64,000 nucleotides of DNA from Enterobacter phage EC152, in the sequence record PP681140.1; one strand, written 5' to 3'. The position numbers were made by a program, and so were the translations under genes. Every line of letters begins with the position of its first letter. Positions within the stretch are counted from its first letter, which is position 1. Below the pieces are notes generated by a model. It was not told where the DNA came from, made no database searches, and saw nothing but the letters and a program-made list of their open reading frames with translations. This document shows, in pieces, positions 9,651-20,244 of this stretch.

Positions 9651-10322
9651 ATGGCAGATGTTGCATTTCCAACAGTGAAGGTCTCTGACCTTCCTACTGC
9701 CGTCACCGTTTCCGGTGGCGATTTTGTTGTTACCGATCAGTCAGATACTACCAGAAAAGCCTCCCTGGATACAATTGTTTCCAAAATGAGCTTGACAAGA
9801 GTGGTATTCTTTGCTGAAGGTGGCTACCTTGAGTCTAAGAAGGATCTCGCTTTCTTTGCGACTGACGGTAAGTATTACACATGGAACGGTACTTATCCAA
9901 AGACAATTCCAATGGCTTCTTCCCCGGCAACAACCGGGGGTATTAGCTCTAACGCGTGGCAGGAGTTTGGTGCCAGTGGTGGTAGCTCAACAGGGAAAGT
10001 TGTAAATCTTGGCAATGTCCAAGGGACAGCAACATGCAACCTGACACTTGGAGATACCTTCATTGCTAACCTTACGGCAGGGCAGTGTGTGGTTGGTATC
10101 ACTAATCCATCCACGGCACAGGGTGTCTCTCAAGTATTCACCCTTTCCTTGACTCAGGGTACGGGTGCAAACCTTGTATCTTGGCCCAGCAACATCAAGT
10201 GGAATTATGGACGACTACCAGTTCTTTCATATAAAACCGGGGTGCGAGACATCTTCCAGTTCGTCACTTATGACGGGGGAAATACATGGTTCGGCTCCCT
10301 CATTATGGCAGGAGTTGAGTAA
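9651..10322 (+). CDS. receptor-binding/adaptor protein sharing N-terminal anchor domain with tailspike 13121..15259
   Basis: N-terminal 110 aa (MADxxxPTVKxSDLPTA...GDFxVxDQSDxTRK...YxWxGxYPK...STPxxTGG) paralogous to the next tailspike. Confidence 0.45.
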   Translation: MADVAFPTVKVSDLPTAVTVSGGDFVVTDQSDTTRKASLDTIVSKMSLTRVVFFAEGGYLESKKDLAFFATDGKYYTWNGTYPKTIPMASSPATTGGISSNAWQEFGASGGSSTGKVVNLGNVQGTATCNLTLGDTFIANLTAGQCVVGITNPSTAQGVSQVFTLSLTQGTGANLVSWPSNIKWNYGRLPVLSYKTGVRDIFQFVTYDGGNTWFGSLIMAGVE

Positions 10323-13111
10323 TGGCAAAGTTAAGCCACAACATTGATAATGTGTTTCAGTTGATCGACGGACACATTCAGTTTCTTCAGAGAAACACCG
10401 GAGAGACAATCGATCCTACGGTTCAGCACTACATCCTGAACTTGCAAAATGTTCTGGCTAACAACCGCCACTTCATCAACTGGACGGCGCAGGAAGCCCA
10501 GCCAAATGGTGACGCAACAACCGAGGGTCAGTCAGTGCTGATCCTTGGATGTGCTTATGCGTACCTCGCGTCTAATGACCCGAAATACCTTGAACTTGCA
10601 GAGGCCTATTGGCAGGCATATATTGACTGGTTCTTTGCTGGTCAGCCAATCCCAGATCCTCCTGCGGTATATCGTCCTAACTGGATCATTAACGGAAAGG
10701 AACCCCGTCTTGCTCACTACCCTCTCACCGACGATGGATACCCGACCCACGGTGGATTCAAGGGCAGCGTGATGTCTTGGACAAACGGAAGAACCCTGAT
10801 CCCTCATGGTGCTCCTAATTGGGGAGAATACCTTGACAAGGCCTGGTTTGCTTTTGACGGCAACCTTGGTTGGAACTCTGTCAACGCCACGGTGTACAAA
10901 GAAAACCCGGATGGAAGTACCAACTGGGATGAGTACGGATCACAGTGGGATGTAGACTGGATTATTGACCGTCTGGGCCGTAAGGTTGACTGGGATGGTA
11001 ACATTCTCGAAGAAGGTCTTCCCGAATCTCAGTGGGGGACTGTTCAACTGAAGGATACCACAATCACGGGTAATTACAAGTTCAACTATGCGACATGTAA
11101 CCCTGTTGAGCATGGTGGATACCTGATGGGTAGAAACACCATGTGGCACAACCGCCCGGTTAACGTACCTATTGAGATGGGCTTCCAGGATAACGCCTCT
11201 GACGCAGAGACTTGGTGGTGTGATGCGAACTACGTGATGTACCAGATCACGGGGGAAAGAAAATACTGGCTTTGCTGGCAGTCTTCACTGATCGTCTGTG
11301 ATAACTATTCCGACATTGACCGTTTCGATAAGTTCTTCCGCAAGTCAACATTCGCGACAATCCCATTCACCGATGGGATCAGCTATGACTACTCATACCC
11401 GTCAACGGCAGTTCCTCAGTATTCTCGCGATTCTGATGGGTATATTGGTATTCGTCAAACTGTAGCAGCGCAAACTACCCTTGAGCAACAGGCTATTTGG
11501 TTCCGTGTTGACGGCACTTCAAAGCTCCGTGTTCAGTTCTCAGGGAAAGATGATGCTGGCAATGGTCTGTTATTCAGACCAGAGCTTGATCTTAATAAAA
11601 CAAAATCTGAAACCGGAAGGGTGACCTACCGTTGTGGTCTCCCACGCGGTACAGACTCTATCGTTTCTATGGACATCCCTCTCTCCAACTTCGTGAGACT
11701 AACCCCTCCGGGTGGTGGCAGTTACATTGTAGCAGACCCACGTATTGTTGTCGATTGGGGATCTAACACGGTTATTGACTTCCAGTACCAGACAGGCATT
11801 CTTGGGAGAATCAATGACCAGGCCTGTACGCTTGTGACTGATGCAGACGGTGGATGCACTATTGGTTTCTGGTTGACAGATACCGAGACCGCTGATCTCT
11901 CAGCGTTCACATATCGTTCTTATGCAGATAATTTTAACATCACAATCACAGATGACAATCTGTGGAGGTGGTGGGCTATGGTTCCTGCGACCAACGGGGA
12001 TTGGACAACGCTTCAGTTGTCTCCGTCTAACTTTGTACTTAGCAGTTACCAACCAGACCACCCGGAAACAGATCCTAAACCAAACCAGATCAGTCTTCAC
12101 AACCTGAAGCAGATCAACTTGGCACCGGATACAGACCCGGTTGATGGTGTTAGCGCGAAGATCGATTGGTATTGTATCAACGCAGTTCCTGAGTTATACA
12201 CCTCCACAGGTGGTGACGACTACACGATGTATTTCCGTATCACCGTGTCCGGGGACAACGCATACAATGCTAAACTGGGCGACTGTACGATCATCGACTA
12301 CAAGCTTAACAGCCTGTATTACACTCCGGGGTTGATTCCATTCTCCAACATTAGTGACCCTAACACGGCGCTTTATGATGGGTGGCGTGGTCTTCCATAC
12401 CCAGGGTATCAGTACCCAACCCTGTACTGCTTCAAGGGCCAGAGTATCGACTGGACAAGATTGAATAGTACGATTGACTTCCTGTACGACTCACAGATGT
12501 GGTTTTATAACACATTCCACCCCGTCATGCCAGGACCTATGGCACAGGCATTTGTATGGGACCGTTGGGATGCCCGTAAATATGGTCAACCAAACACCTT
12601 CACCATGAAACACTGGAACGAGAAGGCGTGGGACGGTTATGAGGCGCGTGCATTCTTTTGTGTGTGTCGTTGCATCTATGAACTCTCTCAGCGTGGTGAA
12701 GCCATTCCTAGCAAGCTATTTACTGTTGCGAAGAACTGGGTTGATTATCTGAAGTGGTTCCAAGACAACAATGAGGGCCGTACTCCTACAATCTTTAACC
12801 CTGATGGCACTGTTCTGGCACCAGAGGATGACTTTACAAGCCACATGTCGGCGTTATTCATGGGAGGTTGTTCAATTCTGGGAATGGCAGGTATGCGTGA
12901 TCGCATTCCTAATATCGACATGGTGGCAGAGCGTTGTTTCAGCCTAATCCAGGAGAACTACATCATTCTTACTGCCAATCACCCGATGAATGGTAGCTGG
13001 TCTGTTGCTCCTCGTGCAGATACTGATAACGGGATGTTCTTTGGCTTCCACGCCGGGGAACTGTTACGAGGATTTGGGCTGTATGCTATGTACAGAAACC
13101 TTACAAGATAA
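10322..13111 (+). CDS. large tail-associated protein, probable receptor-binding protein / carbohydrate-active enzyme (Trp/Tyr-rich)
   Basis: 929 aa, aromatic-rich like glycoside hydrolase/CBM folds; embedded among spike/fiber genes. Confidence 0.4.
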   Translation: MAKLSHNIDNVFQLIDGHIQFLQRNTGETIDPTVQHYILNLQNVLANNRHFINWTAQEAQPNGDATTEGQSVLILGCAYAYLASNDPKYLELAEAYWQAYIDWFFAGQPIPDPPAVYRPNWIINGKEPRLAHYPLTDDGYPTHGGFKGSVMSWTNGRTLIPHGAPNWGEYLDKAWFAFDGNLGWNSVNATVYKENPDGSTNWDEYGSQWDVDWIIDRLGRKVDWDGNILEEGLPESQWGTVQLKDTTITGNYKFNYATCNPVEHGGYLMGRNTMWHNRPVNVPIEMGFQDNASDAETWWCDANYVMYQITGERKYWLCWQSSLIVCDNYSDIDRFDKFFRKSTFATIPFTDGISYDYSYPSTAVPQYSRDSDGYIGIRQTVAAQTTLEQQAIWFRVDGTSKLRVQFSGKDDAGNGLLFRPELDLNKTKSETGRVTYRCGLPRGTDSIVSMDIPLSNFVRLTPPGGGSYIVADPRIVVDWGSNTVIDFQYQTGILGRINDQACTLVTDADGGCTIGFWLTDTETADLSAFTYRSYADNFNITITDDNLWRWWAMVPATNGDWTTLQLSPSNFVLSSYQPDHPETDPKPNQISLHNLKQINLAPDTDPVDGVSAKIDWYCINAVPELYTSTGGDDYTMYFRITVSGDNAYNAKLGDCTIIDYKLNSLYYTPGLIPFSNISDPNTALYDGWRGLPYPGYQYPTLYCFKGQSIDWTRLNSTIDFLYDSQMWFYNTFHPVMPGPMAQAFVWDRWDARKYGQPNTFTMKHWNEKAWDGYEARAFFCVCRCIYELSQRGEAIPSKLFTVAKNWVDYLKWFQDNNEGRTPTIFNPDGTVLAPEDDFTSHMSALFMGGCSILGMAGMRDRIPNIDMVAERCFSLIQENYIILTANHPMNGSWSVAPRADTDNGMFFGFHAGELLRGFGLYAMYRNLTR

Positions 13112-13120
13112 GAGGAATTA

Positions 13121-15259
13121 ATGGCAGATCTATTACCTACCGTCAAGATTTCGGACCTACCGACCGCGACGGATTCTTTCGAGGGAGATTTTCTGGTTGT
13201 TGACCAGTCGGATGCTACACGTAAATCCACATGGTCAAGCCTGTTTTCTCGCTTCGGTGTTATGCGCATGTTCTCATTCCAGGATGGTGGTACGCTGACT
13301 TCCGCTAAGGACCAGGTAATTGACCGCACAACTAACAAGGTGTATCAGTGGACGGGTGCTTATCCTAAGCTGGTTCCTGCTAACTCAACCCCGGAAAGCA
13401 CCGGGGGTGTTGGTACTGGAGGGTGGTCAGTTAACGACCCTTCTCTCCGTGGAGACCTTGCTGGGATCAATGGGTCAACTTACGTTGGTGGTCCTGCTGG
13501 TACGGTGGCACAATCCCTTGACGGGTTTGTAACACCTTCTCAGTTTGTTGGAAAATACCCATCAACAACTGAAGCAGTAACCGCAATGGTTGCTTATGCG
13601 AAAACCAACAAGAAAGCTATTCTGGCTTGGGGCTGGGAACTGACACTTGAGACAAGTGTTTACATCGACGGTGTGGAGTGGTATGGTGGTGCTTTCAACC
13701 AGTCAGGTGGTAACCGCTACATGTACTTGTCAAACAGTACGTTCCGTTGGACTACCTTTACAGGTGTTTGTACCCGTCACTATGGTGGACGACTTATCAT
13801 CACTGATTCTGCTTGGTTAAACAACACCAACACAGCAGCAATGCTGATTCAGGCACTACCTGTTGATGGTACAATTGACATTCTTGACAGTGATTTCCGT
13901 GGATGTAAATACGGTATCCTGCAACAAGGTACTGGTGCTCTGATCACCCGCGCTCGTTTTGCTCGACTGAACTTCAATGATTTGACAGGTGATGCGATTG
14001 AGTGTAACGTTGTTAACCGTCACTACAAAGCAGGTGGCTTGACCATCGAAGATATCAACATTGACAATATCAACAACACAGACAACTCTCCTAACTGGGG
14101 TATCGGTATCGGTGTTGCGGGTCAAGGTCCATACGGTGCTAACGCTTCCGATGACCAATATGTTAGTGGGATCATCATTCGTAACGTCAAGATGCGTCGT
14201 GTACGTCAGTGTATCCACTTCGAACTTTGCCGAGATTTCAAGGTGGAGAACGTAGAGGTCTACCCGGACGCTTCCGTTTCTAACGGTACACTTCTGGCAT
14301 CGGGCGGTGTTGTTTGCTACGGCTCTAAAGACTTCATCATTGATGGTGTTCGTGGAGAGATGGTTAATGGTGCAACACGCTTCATCTATTTTGGGTGGGG
14401 TGTTAACGCCGGGACATATGCTGCTCCGTGTCGTGACTTTACGTTGAGAAACGTTAGAACCCACACCGGGCTGGTAGACATCCCTGTGAGTGCCAGAGAT
14501 GACTGGACCAACACTGTAACGGTTGAGGATGTCGAGTGTGACACCTTCAAATACCGTGGTCTTGTTTCACGTCTTCGTCTTGCAGACATCCGTTGCAACC
14601 TCTTTGATGGTATCGGTGACTACGAGGCAGGTCAAGGTGAGGCAGGTGGGGCTATGAAACGCTGGGCTTGGTGTTCTGCCGAGATCCTGAATATCAACAG
14701 CCTTGATGCTAACGGTGTTGCTAACGGTAGTTTTGGACAGGTTGGCTTCGACCACGTTACGACTTACGGTTGTAACTTCGACGTAGTTCAACACTCCAAG
14801 ACAAACGGTAACCGTGGTGTTACGCTGTTGAACGCTGGGAACATTTACATCGCTGATAACGATCTTTTCCCGCAAGGTAAAGAGTTCGTGAAGGGCGACA
14901 TCATTCTTAAAAAGACTGGTGGTTTGTTCGTGGTTGAAACAGGCGGTTCCTACATTGAAGCAAATGACTTTATCCGTGCTACAACGGTTGGGTCTAAGAC
15001 CATTCAATGTGCTGCTGATTCCGGAGTAAGTCAGCCCTGGGCGACCCGTGCATTTAAATCCGCAGGTCTCCAGTTGACTATCCCAGGCGCAGGCGCTGGA
15101 GGGGCAGATCTGAAGACAACCGTCATCCGTGCTCCATACCAAAACGGGGCTTGGACAACACCGTTCTATCTGGATATTGCTGATCCTATTCAGACAGCAA
15201 CCCCGGATAATACGGCGCTTGTTTCAACAAACCCGGTAGTATACAGCGAAAGGACTTAA
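13121..15259 (+). CDS. tailspike protein (beta-helix type) with conserved N-terminal anchor domain
   Basis: 712 aa; N-terminus paralogous to 9651..10322; Asn/Gly/Thr-rich repetitive body typical of right-handed beta-helix depolymerases. Confidence 0.5.
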   Translation: MADLLPTVKISDLPTATDSFEGDFLVVDQSDATRKSTWSSLFSRFGVMRMFSFQDGGTLTSAKDQVIDRTTNKVYQWTGAYPKLVPANSTPESTGGVGTGGWSVNDPSLRGDLAGINGSTYVGGPAGTVAQSLDGFVTPSQFVGKYPSTTEAVTAMVAYAKTNKKAILAWGWELTLETSVYIDGVEWYGGAFNQSGGNRYMYLSNSTFRWTTFTGVCTRHYGGRLIITDSAWLNNTNTAAMLIQALPVDGTIDILDSDFRGCKYGILQQGTGALITRARFARLNFNDLTGDAIECNVVNRHYKAGGLTIEDINIDNINNTDNSPNWGIGIGVAGQGPYGANASDDQYVSGIIIRNVKMRRVRQCIHFELCRDFKVENVEVYPDASVSNGTLLASGGVVCYGSKDFIIDGVRGEMVNGATRFIYFGWGVNAGTYAAPCRDFTLRNVRTHTGLVDIPVSARDDWTNTVTVEDVECDTFKYRGLVSRLRLADIRCNLFDGIGDYEAGQGEAGGAMKRWAWCSAEILNINSLDANGVANGSFGQVGFDHVTTYGCNFDVVQHSKTNGNRGVTLLNAGNIYIADNDLFPQGKEFVKGDIILKKTGGLFVVETGGSYIEANDFIRATTVGSKTIQCAADSGVSQPWATRAFKSAGLQLTIPGAGAGGADLKTTVIRAPYQNGAWTTPFYLDIADPIQTATPDNTALVSTNPVVYSERT

Positions 15260-15264
15260 ATAAC

Positions 15265-15290
15265 AAGGGGCTTCGGCCCCTTTTCTTATT
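15265..15290 (+). terminator. rho-independent terminator with UUCG tetraloop (GGGGC-TTCG-GCCCC + TTTTCTTATT)
   Basis: identical 14-mer GGGGCTTCGGCCCC as at 6023. Confidence 0.65.
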
Positions 15291-15316
15291 ATAAGCCTTT
15301 ATAATTAAATCACAAT

Positions 15317-15334
15317 ATGATAAAATAGCAACAT
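15317..15334 (+). promoter_or_regulatory. second copy of conserved 18-mer (ATGATAAAATAGCAACAT), candidate late promoter element
   Basis: see 6063..6080. Confidence 0.3.
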
Positions 15335-15367
15335 CTTAGAGCAAAAATCTAGCAAGAGGAGGCGTTC

Positions 15368-16861
15368 GTGGCTGCTCAATATGGATTAAACGACTACGGC
15401 TTTGCGATCCCATCCCTTGATGATCTAATCGCAGATACAAAGCAGTCACTAATCCGAACTTTCGGTGAGAACTTCAACACACAGTCAAACACTATTGTTG
15501 ATAAGCTTACCACAATTCTGAATGAAAGGGAGTACCAGTTAATCCTTCTGGCTGCGGCTGTGTATTCTGCACAGACCCTTGCAGGTGCTGAAGGTATTTA
15601 CCTGGATGAACTGCTTGGTCGTCGTGGTATTTATCGTCGTGGGAAAACAAGAGGCTCCGGTACGGTGCAGATGGTTGTAAACAACACTGTGCCATACAAC
15701 ATGATTTATAGTGCTGCAACATACAGCATTGACAGTGGTAACTTCGTACTTAACCAGGACACCCCGGTAGCTGGTAATATCCTTGCACAGCAAATCCTGA
15801 ACCCGGACTGGGTTCTTGGTAATTACACCTTCCAGATGATGAACCAGAATGATGGTACAACCAAGACAATGGCTCTGACCCTGAGTAACAAAACGCCTAA
15901 TAGCGCTCAGATGAATGCCTTCATGTCTTCCATCAAAGACTTCATCATCCAGAACACCACGCAGTTGAACGAAGACAGAATCTTCATTGACTCAGCAAAC
16001 GGTGCTCTGTATATTGGTTACGATGCCAGTAAGAAAATGATCGGGCTTAACAGTCGTGTTGATTTCCGTTCTTCCCCGGTAATCGGTCAGAGAACAATCA
16101 CGATGGATGTTATCGCCTCTGAAGCTGGTGAGATCTCTCGTGAAGCCAACACAGTAACAAACATCAGCCCAACACCAAGTGGCTTTATCAGTATGACAAA
16201 CATGACCGCATTTAACGATGGGTCAGATGTAGAAACAGACACAGACTACAAGGTCCGTGCTGCCAACAGTACCGCTGCTGGCGCTGCTGCTACCCGTCCT
16301 GCTGTTATCTCCGCTGTTCTCAACGTAGAGGGTGTGAGCAAGGTCCGTGTGTTCTCCAACAACACAGGATCAACTGATCAGTACGGTGTTCCTGCATATA
16401 AATTCGAAACCGTGGTATATGGTGGATCAACTGAGGATATCAGTCAAGCACTTTATAACACAATCGCGCTGTCAAACGCAACCTATGGGAACGTCTTCTA
16501 TGACATCACTACCGAGGATGACCAGACAGAACGTATTTTCCACAGCAAAGCACAGGCCCGTGAACTTGCTATTCGAGTTCGTTACAAGGGTAAGCTCCTG
16601 TCTGTGACAGAGCAGAACACTATTAAGGATGCTTTGAAGGCAGTCGTTGACCCGCTCAACATTGCAGACACCCTGTATAACATCCAGTTGGTTTCTGCGG
16701 TAGGTTCTTCAATCTCCCCCGGACGATTCACCCAACTGTTTGTGGATGTAAAGAACGTTGGTCAGCCAGACAGTTCTTACACCAACAGTGATGTGGTAGC
16801 CGGGATGACAGAAGTGTTCGCACTGGATACGGACGACATCACCTTCCAGCAAATCATCTAA
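15368..16861 (+). CDS. baseplate protein J-like
   Basis: 497 aa, GTG start 5 nt after AGGAGG; precedes gpI-like and fiber genes as in P2/Mu. Confidence 0.45.
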   Translation: MAAQYGLNDYGFAIPSLDDLIADTKQSLIRTFGENFNTQSNTIVDKLTTILNEREYQLILLAAAVYSAQTLAGAEGIYLDELLGRRGIYRRGKTRGSGTVQMVVNNTVPYNMIYSAATYSIDSGNFVLNQDTPVAGNILAQQILNPDWVLGNYTFQMMNQNDGTTKTMALTLSNKTPNSAQMNAFMSSIKDFIIQNTTQLNEDRIFIDSANGALYIGYDASKKMIGLNSRVDFRSSPVIGQRTITMDVIASEAGEISREANTVTNISPTPSGFISMTNMTAFNDGSDVETDTDYKVRAANSTAAGAAATRPAVISAVLNVEGVSKVRVFSNNTGSTDQYGVPAYKFETVVYGGSTEDISQALYNTIALSNATYGNVFYDITTEDDQTERIFHSKAQARELAIRVRYKGKLLSVTEQNTIKDALKAVVDPLNIADTLYNIQLVSAVGSSISPGRFTQLFVDVKNVGQPDSSYTNSDVVAGMTEVFALDTDDITFQQII

Positions 16862-16871
16862 CGAGGTAAGC

Positions 16872-17504
16872 ATGGCAGATTATCTAAAGGATGTCAACCA
16901 CATCCATACTCTGCCAGATTTCGTTCAAGGAGGTATTGATTACCTCCCTGGCGATTTTCTGAAAGAGAAAGAAAACCTTGTCAAGTTCATGACAGTATAT
17001 CTCGAAAGACTTAAGGCAGTTGACGAAATGTGGGTCAACTTGTCTGAAGGTAGATTACTGAAGAATGCGACTGGTGTCAACCTCGATGAGATTGGTAAGC
17101 AGGTCGGGATCGAACGTAATGGTCTTAGCGATATGAACTATCGTGCGATCATCATCATCCTTCTTGCAAGTGCTGCAAAGCATGGTACAAGACCAGAGGT
17201 TATTGACACGCTCGATCAATTGTTCGGGACTGGTAATTTCACCACGTACAAAGGTGACAACTACCGTTTCGACATCAACATTTCCAAGACATGTTTTGAA
17301 CTGGAGACTGCTCTCCAGGAGATCCAAGACATGTTGCCTATGCCTACCCACCTAAGACTTACAGAGTCCAGCGGTACGGCTTTTGGTTTCTCAGGCGATA
17401 AGTATGCACTTGGGTTTGGTTCAATCCACTCAGGTGGTCGTACAGGTGAAGGTGGCCTTGCACACCTTACATACACGTCTGATGAAGAGAATACCTTGAT
17501 TTAA
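16872..17504 (+). CDS. baseplate protein gpI-like
   Basis: 210 aa between J-like and tail fiber genes. Confidence 0.4.
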   Translation: MADYLKDVNHIHTLPDFVQGGIDYLPGDFLKEKENLVKFMTVYLERLKAVDEMWVNLSEGRLLKNATGVNLDEIGKQVGIERNGLSDMNYRAIIIILLASAAKHGTRPEVIDTLDQLFGTGNFTTYKGDNYRFDINISKTCFELETALQEIQDMLPMPTHLRLTESSGTAFGFSGDKYALGFGSIHSGGRTGEGGLAHLTYTSDEENTLI

Positions 17505-17515
17505 GGGAGATAACA

Positions 17516-18628
17516 ATGGCAGCGCCAACAGTACCTATTGAAATTTGGGCCTATGGGAACATTGTCCTCCCTAATACCCACGAGTTAAACAAATCCCGCC
17601 CTATTGATGACCTTTGGAACAAAGGTTGGGATATGGGTGAAAAACCTTCTTGTGAAGAGTTCAACTATGTGTTAAACATGGTTACCGCATGGGCTAAGTA
17701 TATTACGGGGGAACAGATTCCCGGTCTTGATAGCCGATTCCTGCGTGTTACTCAGAACCTTGCCGATGTACCTAACAAGGCTACTGCTCGTACAAACCTC
17801 GATGTGTGGAGCAAGGGAGAGTCTGACACGCGTTATGTGAATGTGTCTGGTGACACCATGACCGGGAACCTTTCTGTTCCTCGTTTAGATTTGCAGGCAT
17901 CTTCTTCTGACTTTGCCTACATCACCACAACTAACCCAGCGTCTGACTGGACATACTTTGATTTTGTTCTTGGCGATAATCCAGGGACGGCAGGGTCTTC
18001 CGGTGTTGATACAATGCGTTTCCGCTTCACACCTTCTGGTGGTAGCATCTTTAACATGATGGAACTGAACGCTATCAGCGCTACTGCTGCTCTGTGCCGT
18101 GTAACAGGTAACATCATCGCGAGCGGAAGTATTCAGGGTTCTTCAATGACAGCAACCTCTGCAACTTTCACGAACGGTACAGTTAGCAACACCTGGACGG
18201 TAAACACCCTTCAGTCAACAACAACCCGTGCAACTAACGTTGTGGCTACAAACAACGTATCCACCGGGACGCTGAACGTAAGCTCAACAACCACAACTGC
18301 TAACCTTGTTGTCCAGAACAACAGTGCAACGGTCGGTGGTCGTCACGTTGTCCGTGCTGTGAACGGTAACACTGCTGATGGTAACGGTAACGTAACAATT
18401 TCCCTGCCACCACAAGGTGTTCAGGATGTTCGTCTGGGTTCCGAGATCTCTACGAACCGTTATTCCCTCGGTAACGAATCCTTTGTGTATCGTGCCCCAG
18501 GCGGGTGTGTTGTGACAGGTTTTAACATCTGGTCAAAATCAGGTAACAACGACGAATTCCGTGATATGTATTCTCGCCCAATCCAGAAGTATATCAACGG
18601 CGGTTGGTACACAATCGGACAGCTATAA
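17516..18628 (+). CDS. tail fiber protein
   Basis: 370 aa, conserved fiber N-terminus (…NLADVPNKATARTNLDVWSKGESDTRYVNVSGDTMTGNL…), Thr/Asn-rich shaft. Confidence 0.6.
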   Translation: MAAPTVPIEIWAYGNIVLPNTHELNKSRPIDDLWNKGWDMGEKPSCEEFNYVLNMVTAWAKYITGEQIPGLDSRFLRVTQNLADVPNKATARTNLDVWSKGESDTRYVNVSGDTMTGNLSVPRLDLQASSSDFAYITTTNPASDWTYFDFVLGDNPGTAGSSGVDTMRFRFTPSGGSIFNMMELNAISATAALCRVTGNIIASGSIQGSSMTATSATFTNGTVSNTWTVNTLQSTTTRATNVVATNNVSTGTLNVSSTTTTANLVVQNNSATVGGRHVVRAVNGNTADGNGNVTISLPPQGVQDVRLGSEISTNRYSLGNESFVYRAPGGCVVTGFNIWSKSGNNDEFRDMYSRPIQKYINGGWYTIGQL

Positions 18629-18639
18629 CAGGAGGCTAA

Positions 18640-19155
18640 ATGGTACACCTTAAGAATGTGGAGATCTATACTCCTGAGAAAGTACCTGAAGAACTCGCAA
18701 CCTACGGGGTGATGTTCTTTAGATCTGAGGATGGTCAGGATTTTTATGAGGCCATCAAAGACATGAAAGAAGACACAATGAAGGTCTTATACGCAGACGG
18801 TATTGTAACAGGGTTTTCCCTTGATGCAAGCTCTCTGTATCCACCGGGTGCCTCTCTCATCGAGGTCCCCCTGGATAAAATTCCTGCGGATCTTGAACTT
18901 GGTCGGAAATATCTCTTTGATGCAAAGACTCTCAAATTCAAAGTCAACCCTGACTTCTTGACAAGGGACCTTGACATCCAGAAGCAAAACCTGCTGGCAC
19001 TGGCGAACGATAAGATCGCTCAGTATCAGGACAAGGTGGATCTGGAGACCGCTACCAAGGGAGAAGTAACCGCTCTTAAGAACTGGAAAGCCTATAGAAT
19101 CAAAGTTCGTGAAGCGACTGACGTGGGTTCTCTACCAAAACAACCACGCGTGTAA
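18640..19155 (+). CDS. tail fiber assembly chaperone (Tfa-like)
   Basis: 171 aa directly after fiber gene; C-terminal motif …ALKNWKAYRIKV… typical of Tfa. Confidence 0.55.
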   Translation: MVHLKNVEIYTPEKVPEELATYGVMFFRSEDGQDFYEAIKDMKEDTMKVLYADGIVTGFSLDASSLYPPGASLIEVPLDKIPADLELGRKYLFDAKTLKFKVNPDFLTRDLDIQKQNLLALANDKIAQYQDKVDLETATKGEVTALKNWKAYRIKVREATDVGSLPKQPRV

Positions 19156-19164
19156 GGAGCTAAC

Positions 19165-19479
19165 ATGTCCATTGATCTATTTGCTATCCTGAAAGCTGTC
19201 TGGGGCGTTATCACGTTTGTCCTGATTGGTGTCCTTAGAATCACATACTCCGATTACAAAAAAACGCAAGAACGCCTTGATGAACTTGATAAAGATATCA
19301 TAAGGATTAAGGCAGAGATGGTCACAAAAGAGAAACTGGATGAGATTCTGGATAAGAAACTCAAGACTGTTCGTGATGACGTTTCAGAATTGCGTAAGGA
19401 CATCAAAGAAGATGTGGGCGACCTGAGAGCAGACCTGAGCAATCAGTTTAAAATGCTCATGGAGCGTCAACTTAGATGA
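19165..19479 (+). CDS. small membrane protein with N-terminal TM helix and coiled-coil
   Basis: 104 aa; hydrophobic LFAILKAVWGVITFVLIGVL then charged helical region. Confidence 0.5.
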   Translation: MSIDLFAILKAVWGVITFVLIGVLRITYSDYKKTQERLDELDKDIIRIKAEMVTKEKLDEILDKKLKTVRDDVSELRKDIKEDVGDLRADLSNQFKMLMERQLR

Positions 19480-19949
19480 TAAGTTCAGCACTGTATTTTA
19501 TTTGCTTTGCAGTGCTGCTGCTTAACGCTGACAAGGGAATACGGATCATGTCTATTTTTGGTATGATCCATATTCTTTTAGAGAATGCACTGTACTGGTG
19601 GTTCTCTGCACACGGCGTTTATTTTGATTTGTCGTTGTATATGACCCTGTGTTGGTTGCTCGACATCGCCCTTTTATTCGGTACAGCGTGTGTATTGTCG
19701 GGATGGAAGAAGAAGTTGACACTTTCGGTGTCGGTTCCGATACTCTTCTGCCAGATAATAGTCATGCAATTTCCATTCCTCTTACCATTTGCATTGAACT
19801 TTGTCATCAACTCGTCATATCAAACCTTAATGGAGGTGCTGATTCTTTGTGCTTCTTTCAAGGATAACACAATCAAAGAGTGGGTCAAGACTGCAACAGT
19901 GGTAAGCCTCGTGGTTCTTGCAAGGTTCCTACCCATGTTAGTTCATTGA
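19476..19949 (+). CDS. polytopic membrane protein
   Basis: 157 aa, about 5 hydrophobic segments; ATGA overlap with previous gene. Confidence 0.5.
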   Translation: MISSALYFICFAVLLLNADKGIRIMSIFGMIHILLENALYWWFSAHGVYFDLSLYMTLCWLLDIALLFGTACVLSGWKKKLTLSVSVPILFCQIIVMQFPFLLPFALNFVINSSYQTLMEVLILCASFKDNTIKEWVKTATVVSLVVLARFLPMLVH

Positions 19950-19964
19950 GAATCTTGAGGAAAT

Positions 19965-20234
19965 ATGTTAAAATCAATAATGAAATTTATGAAAGACCTT
20001 GTTAGATCCCCGGTTGATCCGGATAAGGCCTCACACACAAAGTTCTGGAGCAATATCGGCCTGGCAGCTATGACCGCAGTATTCCTTTATTGGGGATTCA
20101 AAGGCACGTTGACAGAGTGGTACATGTGGGTTTATGCACCCACTGTTGCTGCCCCGCAACTTATCAGTAAACTCATCTCTCTTCGTTGGGGCGTAACAGA
20201 AGCCCAGCGTGAAGATCAAAAGTCAGACCAATAA
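19965..20234 (+). CDS. small membrane protein
   Basis: 89 aa with one or two TM segments (IGLAAMTAVFLYWGF). Confidence 0.5.
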   Translation: MLKSIMKFMKDLVRSPVDPDKASHTKFWSNIGLAAMTAVFLYWGFKGTLTEWYMWVYAPTVAAPQLISKLISLRWGVTEAQREDQKSDQ

Positions 20235-20244
20235 GGAGACTCTT

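Noticed and set aside
20209-20244. ATG 20209 as the tail fiber start
   Set aside because: Overlaps the previous gene by 26 nt with no SD, whereas GTG 20245 sits 6 nt after AAGGAG; kept as an alternative
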